A stretch of DNA of 64,000 nucleotides from a virus. Lineage: Duplodnaviria > Caudoviricetes. Below are positions 58,945 to 64,000 of the stretch, piece after piece. Position numbers and translations under genes: made by a program. The DNA is taken from positions 96,001 through 160,000 of the IMG/VR virus record IMGVR_UViG_3300028591_000074. One strand, written 5' to 3'. Position 1 is the first letter of the stretch. Each line of letters starts with the position of its first letter. The notes beneath the pieces are model-generated. The model was given only the letters and a program-made list of their open reading frames with translations, was not told where the DNA came from and did no database searches.

Positions 58945-59240
58945 ATATCCTTTAACTGATGCTGCATATCGTCTATCTGACGAGCATCCCTTGGTGCATA
59001 ATTATTTGCAGGTCCAAATCCACCTTTACGTCTGTAGTTAGAATGACCTTTTCGAGTATTAGTTTTTGTACTTGTACCTTTACTCATTATAGCGTTCATC
59101 TCGTTGTTGTTTGCAAGTTTGCTGTAACAGTAATCTTTATCTAACCACCATTCCAACGCTCCAAGTAGATTTGATCTCTGTGCTATTTTCTTCTTTCTAC
59201 TGTTTCTTCGATCTTCACGTGTTCTCATACACAACCTCAA
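58941..59240 (-). CDS. Basic hypothetical protein
   Basis: R/K-rich ORF downstream of an AATCGTTATA motif. Confidence 0.5.
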   Translation of the reverse strand: MRLCMRTREDRRNSRKKKIAQRSNLLGALEWWLDKDYCYSKLANNNEMNAIMSKGTSTKTNTRKGHSNYRRKGGFGPANNYAPRDARQIDDMQHQLKDM

Positions 59241-59344
59241 TCTAATATATTGCTTAAACGTAACAACAGTTCAGCATCTTTACATACATATTATAACGAT
59301 TTACTGTTTCCAAATTGGTGTATCGTCATATGCTTTGAAATTAT

Positions 59345-60019
59345 CTAATCTAGATGTATCTTTGAAAACTTTTCTATATCTTGCGGATTATCTATATCGC
59401 AGGTGTAATCATTGATAGCAATGTAGTTATGATAATCAATCTTATTGATCGGTGTTCCTTTTACAACTTGCCAAAATTCCCAAGCAATTGGTCTCCGTCT
59501 AAACTTATTTTCATCAGCAAGTTTTCTACATTCTTCCTGTGCCTTTCGAAGATGGTTATGATTTACAACCTTAAATGCAAATGGTTCTGCGTATGGTTTC
59601 GGATAATTTTCAGCAAATGGTGGTGCAGATGCAAAGAATTCAATATCATCTGTATCTGTATTTACAATTGTTTCTATTGCATTCTTTGAGAAAACAACAT
59701 CACCCATAAGATAACAAGTAGGTTCATCTGTAGGGTAAAAAGCATCACACCAATATCCTGTAGATTTTCCAGGTCTAAGTACAACCCAACTATTTTTATG
59801 AACAAGTAGTGGTGCTCCTGCATCAATACATGGTTTAAAATGTTCGTAATTCGATTTTCCACTACTAATGCTTACAGATATATCAGTAACACCACATTCC
59901 TTTAAAAGTCGAATTGTTCTTAGTACAATCGGCTCACCATTCAGCGGAAGCATCTGTCTAGGTGTTCTCCAATGTTCATATATTCCACCGCACATGATAA
60001 TGTATTTATAGTTATGCAT
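59345..60019 (-). CDS. Nucleotidyltransferase / GT-A fold (LicC-like) protein
   Basis: IIMCGG...PRQMLPLNGEPIVLRTIRLL, LMGDVVFS, DIDNPQD. Confidence 0.75.
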   Translation of the reverse strand: MHNYKYIIMCGGIYEHWRTPRQMLPLNGEPIVLRTIRLLKECGVTDISVSISSGKSNYEHFKPCIDAGAPLLVHKNSWVVLRPGKSTGYWCDAFYPTDEPTCYLMGDVVFSKNAIETIVNTDTDDIEFFASAPPFAENYPKPYAEPFAFKVVNHNHLRKAQEECRKLADENKFRRRPIAWEFWQVVKGTPINKIDYHNYIAINDYTCDIDNPQDIEKFSKIHLD

Positions 60020-60049
60020 TTTTCAAAGTCTCCTTTAGTATGTTAGATA

Positions 60050-60553
60050 CTAATTTCCATAGAAATTTACAATATTTTTATCCCTACAAAATGATTCCAA
60101 ATTTTCAACAGTATGAATTTTATCAAGATCATCTGAATATTCATCATAAAAATCAAATTGTTTCACCATATCATCAAAATCAATAGTCCCAACAAAATAA
60201 TCCTCAACAGTACCATCATCAATCTGTTCATCCCACACAGCACAAAATAACACAAGATACCTTCTAAAAAAGTTCTTCATTTCCTGTACAGCTTTTGAAT
60301 CTACATGCTTGTCATCTTTTCCAGGAACAAATTCCCAATCATCGCAAAGTTTCAATGTACCAGTTGCACTAAATTTCATTCGATCTGGATTAAACACAGG
60401 TTTTACCCGTATAGTATGACCAGCATCTGCATTTGCTGAAAAGTAAAATGAAAATGGAAGTTTACCAGGATTCTTCACATATTTTCCACGAATATTAGAC
60501 ATGCACAATATTGCGTCTTGTTCATAAGTATCAGTTCTAAGTAGTTTCTTCAT
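60050..60553 (-). CDS. Hypothetical protein co-transcribed with XRE regulator
   Basis: ORF 6 bp downstream of the HTH gene. Confidence 0.5.
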   Translation of the reverse strand: MKKLLRTDTYEQDAILCMSNIRGKYVKNPGKLPFSFYFSANADAGHTIRVKPVFNPDRMKFSATGTLKLCDDWEFVPGKDDKHVDSKAVQEMKNFFRRYLVLFCAVWDEQIDDGTVEDYFVGTIDFDDMVKQFDFYDEYSDDLDKIHTVENLESFCRDKNIVNFYGN

Positions 60554-60558
60554 AGCAA

Positions 60559-60765
60559 TTATACCTCCAAATTATCGATGATATTAAAATCAATCCTCAC
60601 TAATCTGTTCAATATATACAAATAGCACTCAGGAATATTTCGTCTTCCCTGTTCCCAAGTCTGTACTTGTTGCGTAGATAGATGATATAACTTAGCAAAT
60701 TTTGCTTGGGATAATCCTGTAATTTGCCGTAATTCTTTAACTGTCAGCATCTGCATTATGTACAC
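60559..60765 (-). CDS. XRE-family HTH protein
   Basis: KELRQITGLSQAKFAKLYHLSTQQVQTWEQGRRNIP; TTGACA-18-TATAAT at 60784-60813. Confidence 0.85.
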   Translation of the reverse strand: MYIMQMLTVKELRQITGLSQAKFAKLYHLSTQQVQTWEQGRRNIPECYLYILNRLVRIDFNIIDNLEV

Positions 60766-60858
60766 CGTCCTCTCTTACTATGTATTATACTACTGTGATA
60801 TACAATTTGTCAACCACAAAAATAAGACCATCGGATATTATCCAATGGTCTTATCTAC

Positions 60859-62238
60859 CTATGCATCAAATCTTGCAAGTGTATAATTCAATTCTGTATT
60901 AAACATATCTTTCATATCGATCAGACACTGTTGAAGTACGCCTTCGAAATTGCAGTAATATAAATCAATTGTACTAACAATGTTATAAATATCATCTTGA
61001 AGAATCTTAATTGCGGAATCTTCTGCGGAATAGAAGTTATAATCCTCCATAAAATATACTGGATGTGGTGCGTAATTAAACTGAGCAAAATGCTCAATGG
61101 AAAGCTGATCGATCATACCTCGCACTGTCCACATATAGGTGTCAGCAAGTGTTACAATCGCAGGATACTCTGCACCTTTTGCATTCCATGTGAGACTCAT
61201 ACTATCAAAGTATAGTGCATAAAGTGGTTTTAGTACCTTCATAATACAATCTGACATATCTGTGCAGAAACCATCACATGGATCTACATCATAACAATCA
61301 TCACCTACGCAAACCTCATAGGATGCAGGTGTCATTTCTGGAAGGGATGATACAAAGTCCGGTTCACCAACAATATCATTGATGATTTCATTTGTCTTAT
61401 CCACTTCATAAGGTGAATTAATGGACATCAATTGTAAATCAATTTCATCATCTGCAACTACTTTCTGCAATGTGAATGAAAGTTTCGTAGATGATTTAAT
61501 AAACTGCATATCTTCTACGGTACCATCTACACCGATTTTTTCTAAGAGTTTTTCAACTTCTTTTGCGGAAAACTTTTCAAATGCATCATCAACCAGTTTA
61601 CGGTAATCTTCTACTGACATATCTTCTGCGTTTAAAGATTCCTCATCAAATGCAAACTTCACACCACGATCTTTTACAGACTTTGTTTCATCTTCTGTAG
61701 ATTTAAGTTCAAAATCAAAGATAGCATAATCCGGTGCAATGGCATGTTCTACTGCATACAGACGATATGGATAATTTCCAGGTTTTGTACTTTCCTCAGG
61801 ATAATCCCCAGCCGGAAGAATCTCAATCGTTGCATCAAATTCACCAGTTTTAAGTTCTAATTCTTTTCCAGAATCAAGCATCTTCTTAATGGTATTATCA
61901 TCCAGATTCTCATTGATTGTATCCGTTAACTGATTTAAAATCTTCTTACCAACTTGAACAAGTGTCTGTAAAAGACTACCAGATTCAACAGGTTCTTTAT
62001 CATCTATATTTTCAGATGAATAAAATTCATCTGGATAGTTTTCACGCATATAGTCGGATTCATATTCATCATCTTGCCATGCAAAATTAAGTCGTTCCTC
62101 AAGATCAGCAATTTCCATAGCATAATCATCATAATCATACGGTTCAAGTTCACCGAGTTCTTTCTTCTTATGAAATTCTTCCTTTACTGCATCCAACCGC
62201 TTTTGAAGTTCATATGGATCTTCGTATTGTCTATACAT
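60859..62238 (-). CDS. Large acidic hypothetical protein (C-terminal helical bundle)
   Basis: 459-aa ORF with its own promoter motif (62261) and terminator (60822-60854). Confidence 0.6.
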   Translation of the reverse strand: MYRQYEDPYELQKRLDAVKEEFHKKKELGELEPYDYDDYAMEIADLEERLNFAWQDDEYESDYMRENYPDEFYSSENIDDKEPVESGSLLQTLVQVGKKILNQLTDTINENLDDNTIKKMLDSGKELELKTGEFDATIEILPAGDYPEESTKPGNYPYRLYAVEHAIAPDYAIFDFELKSTEDETKSVKDRGVKFAFDEESLNAEDMSVEDYRKLVDDAFEKFSAKEVEKLLEKIGVDGTVEDMQFIKSSTKLSFTLQKVVADDEIDLQLMSINSPYEVDKTNEIINDIVGEPDFVSSLPEMTPASYEVCVGDDCYDVDPCDGFCTDMSDCIMKVLKPLYALYFDSMSLTWNAKGAEYPAIVTLADTYMWTVRGMIDQLSIEHFAQFNYAPHPVYFMEDYNFYSAEDSAIKILQDDIYNIVSTIDLYYCNFEGVLQQCLIDMKDMFNTELNYTLARFDA

Positions 62239-62281
62239 AGAAATATCCTCCGTTATCTATTATAACGATACAAATCTGAAA

Positions 62282-62316
62282 AACCCTTTGGATGATATTT
62301 CACCATCCAAAGGGTT
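62282..62316 (-). terminator. Intrinsic terminator of structural operon
   Basis: aaccctttggatg...catccaaagggtt 13-bp inverted repeat with T-tract. Confidence 0.8.
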
Positions 62317-62349
62317 CATCCTTTACCAATCTATCAAATTGATTGTAGA

Positions 62350-62793
62350 CTATTTCTGCTTTGACTTTGGTACTACACGGATAGACTTGGAAGCCTTAAC
62401 CGGAGTAGCAGCCTTCTTAGTAACAATAGAACGACGAGATGCCATCGGCTTACGGGATGCAGAAACCGGACGACGTGCTTGCATAGGTCTGCGAGATGCT
62501 ACAGGTCTGCGAGATGCAGCTACAGTTCTCTTACCACGCATGTATCTGCTAGATGCTTCAAGAATCTCCTCATCACCTTCAGCAGTTACTTCGTACTCTT
62601 CGATATCCTCACCTGCTTCAGCATCACCAACTGCGAAAGTTACGGTGTCACCCTCAGCGGTTACTTCTACAACCTTATCGGTTACTTCTGCTACAAGATT
62701 TGCAACGTCCTCAGCTTCAAAAAGCAGGTCAGTAGCCTCGGGTGCTACTGCAACTTCTTCTTCAGCAACGATTCTACGCCTATTCTTATACAT
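62350..62793 (-). CDS. Probable head-associated protein: acidic core with basic ASRRP-repeat tail
   Basis: ASRRPVASRRPMQARRPVSASRKPMASRR; codon usage typical of highly expressed genes. Confidence 0.6.
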   Translation of the reverse strand: MYKNRRRIVAEEEVAVAPEATDLLFEAEDVANLVAEVTDKVVEVTAEGDTVTFAVGDAEAGEDIEEYEVTAEGDEEILEASSRYMRGKRTVAASRRPVASRRPMQARRPVSASRKPMASRRSIVTKKAATPVKASKSIRVVPKSKQK

Positions 62794-62824
62794 ATCAGTT
62801 GTCTCCTTTTCTATCAGAATATTA

Positions 62825-63535
62825 TTAATTTAATGCAACGAATTTGTTTTTCCTTGCTTCAAGTTCTTCACGAATCTGCTCTAGTTCTGCATTTGCTTCG
62901 GAAAGTAATGCTTCACCATCCAGACTCACATTAGAACCTTCTACCTTATATTTAGACCTCGAACGACCCAATGCTTTTTTCATATTGGCTTCGCTCATAC
63001 GGATTAAATAATTGATCCAAGTCTCGTTCTTTATCTCAGATACATCCTGATAGTCAGGTACATATCGAACAGTTACTACTGAAGGACGTGGATCACGATG
63101 GGTTAGGTAAATCACTTGGTTATCTGGATCATACTTCCATTGGAAGTCGGTACTAAGTGTATTTCGTACCTGTGCCATCGCCATTTCAGTCATAATCGGA
63201 TCGATGTTAATGGAACTTGTGTTCCCTATAGCACTGTAAACATTTACAGCTGCGGCTACTTGAAATACATTTCCGCTATCAATAGAACTCATTGTCAATC
63301 CGATACGAGGATATGCAGCTTGAACATTTAATACATTTACAGTATGTATTCCAACAGACAATAAATCTATTCGTGTGCTAAACGGCACTGTCTTTTCCAC
63401 AGGCGTTTTCATGTATCGCTTCAGTTCCCTGAATGCAATCATTACAGCTTTTTCAACCTGCATTTCCTCAATGTTATCGTTAGCCGGAAAGCCAAGCATA
63501 AAACTTACCTGGTCGACTATCTCTTCCATTCGCAT
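62825..63535 (-). CDS. Putative neck / head-completion protein (T4 gp13-like)
   Basis: LGFP at the N-terminus, WINYL...LGRSRSKY...VSLDGEALLSEANAELEQIREEL at the C-terminus. Confidence 0.6.
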   Translation of the reverse strand: MRMEEIVDQVSFMLGFPANDNIEEMQVEKAVMIAFRELKRYMKTPVEKTVPFSTRIDLLSVGIHTVNVLNVQAAYPRIGLTMSSIDSGNVFQVAAAVNVYSAIGNTSSINIDPIMTEMAMAQVRNTLSTDFQWKYDPDNQVIYLTHRDPRPSVVTVRYVPDYQDVSEIKNETWINYLIRMSEANMKKALGRSRSKYKVEGSNVSLDGEALLSEANAELEQIREELEARKNKFVALN

Positions 63536-63569
63536 GATGCTCGGCCTCCTATGCTAAAGATTTTTTAGA

Positions 63570-64000
63570 TTACTGAGAATCAGTATCTGTGTCAGAATCA
63601 GAAGTCGGCTCTGTACCATACTTCTTATCACCAACCTCGATGTAGAAACCATCCTGATACATATTCTGAGCCATCTGATTCCAATAAATCTCATCCTCAT
63701 AACCGTCAATCTCAAAAGAGATTCCAGTATTCTCAGCACCGGACTTCTTAGCCTCTGCTGCTGCAAGGATTGCACGTTCAAACTGAACGAACTTATTGGT
63801 AGCAGATGCAGATGGAAGCAGACCAGGACAATTTCCCCAACCATCAACATTAGTTGCATAGATGGACTTGCCATAGGACTCCTTATCACCTACTGCATCT
63901 TCATTAGCATAGCCCTTAGTAAATACAGGGGTATCTACATAGGAATTATTCGGATAGAAGTAACGAGCAATCTGCTCACCCTGACGAACCTCGTCAAACT
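63570..64000 (-). CDS. Partial, probably structural protein (start beyond window)
   Basis: Hand translation FDEVRQGEQIARYFYPNNSYVDTPVF...TEPTSDSDTDTDSQ*; open frame with high-expression codon bias. Confidence 0.7.
   Translation of the reverse strand, partial: FDEVRQGEQIARYFYPNNSYVDTPVFTKGYANEDAVGDKESYGKSIYATNVDGWGNCPGLLPSASATNKFVQFERAILAAAEAKKSGAENTGISFEIDGYEDEIYWNQMAQNMYQDGFYIEVGDKKYGTEPTSDSDTDTDSQ

Noticed and set aside
2058-63557. Plus-strand ORFs in the track
   Set aside because: Nearly all lie antisense to well-supported minus-strand genes and lack recognisable motifs.
63554-63889. 111-aa ORF in the supplied track
   Set aside because: Shadow frame; the overlapping frame ending at 63570 is open to the window edge with much better codon usage.
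1-64000. Genome-wide TAG-to-Gln recoding (code 15)
   Set aside because: Many genes end properly in TAG next to the following RBS (e.g. 4134, 12865, 13394, 19523); only one in-frame TAG was seen in a long gene.
1-64000. tRNA or rRNA genes
   Set aside because: None recognised by eye; tRNAscan-SE would be needed to exclude them.

Overview
This AT-rich window (roughly one third GC by eye) is encoded almost entirely on the minus strand. It looks like part of a large tailed phage of a Firmicutes-type host (inference from gene content). It contains a cluster of DNA methyltransferases (one with a LAGLIDADG intein), UvrD and SNF2 helicases, RecU, holins, a tail fibre split by one in-frame TAG, ~25 kb of small accessory ORFs, an apparently intact IS607 (TnpA+TnpB), a Dam methylase and head/neck-type genes. 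The standout locus is 54029-57350. It encodes a Cas12f-like protein whose RuvC-I and RuvC-III aspartates are both Ala (predicted nuclease-dead). Three tandem RNA modules follow, each with its own covarying tracr/omegaRNA-like scaffold and its own degenerate 36-bp repeat array, and no cas1/cas2 is present. The first guide of the gene-proximal module begins with the same 10-mer as a recurring phage promoter-like motif. The next gene weakly resembles the RNA polymerase omega subunit. Together these suggest a phage RNA-guided transcription regulator rather than a nuclease. All family calls come from motif recognition by eye; no searches were run.
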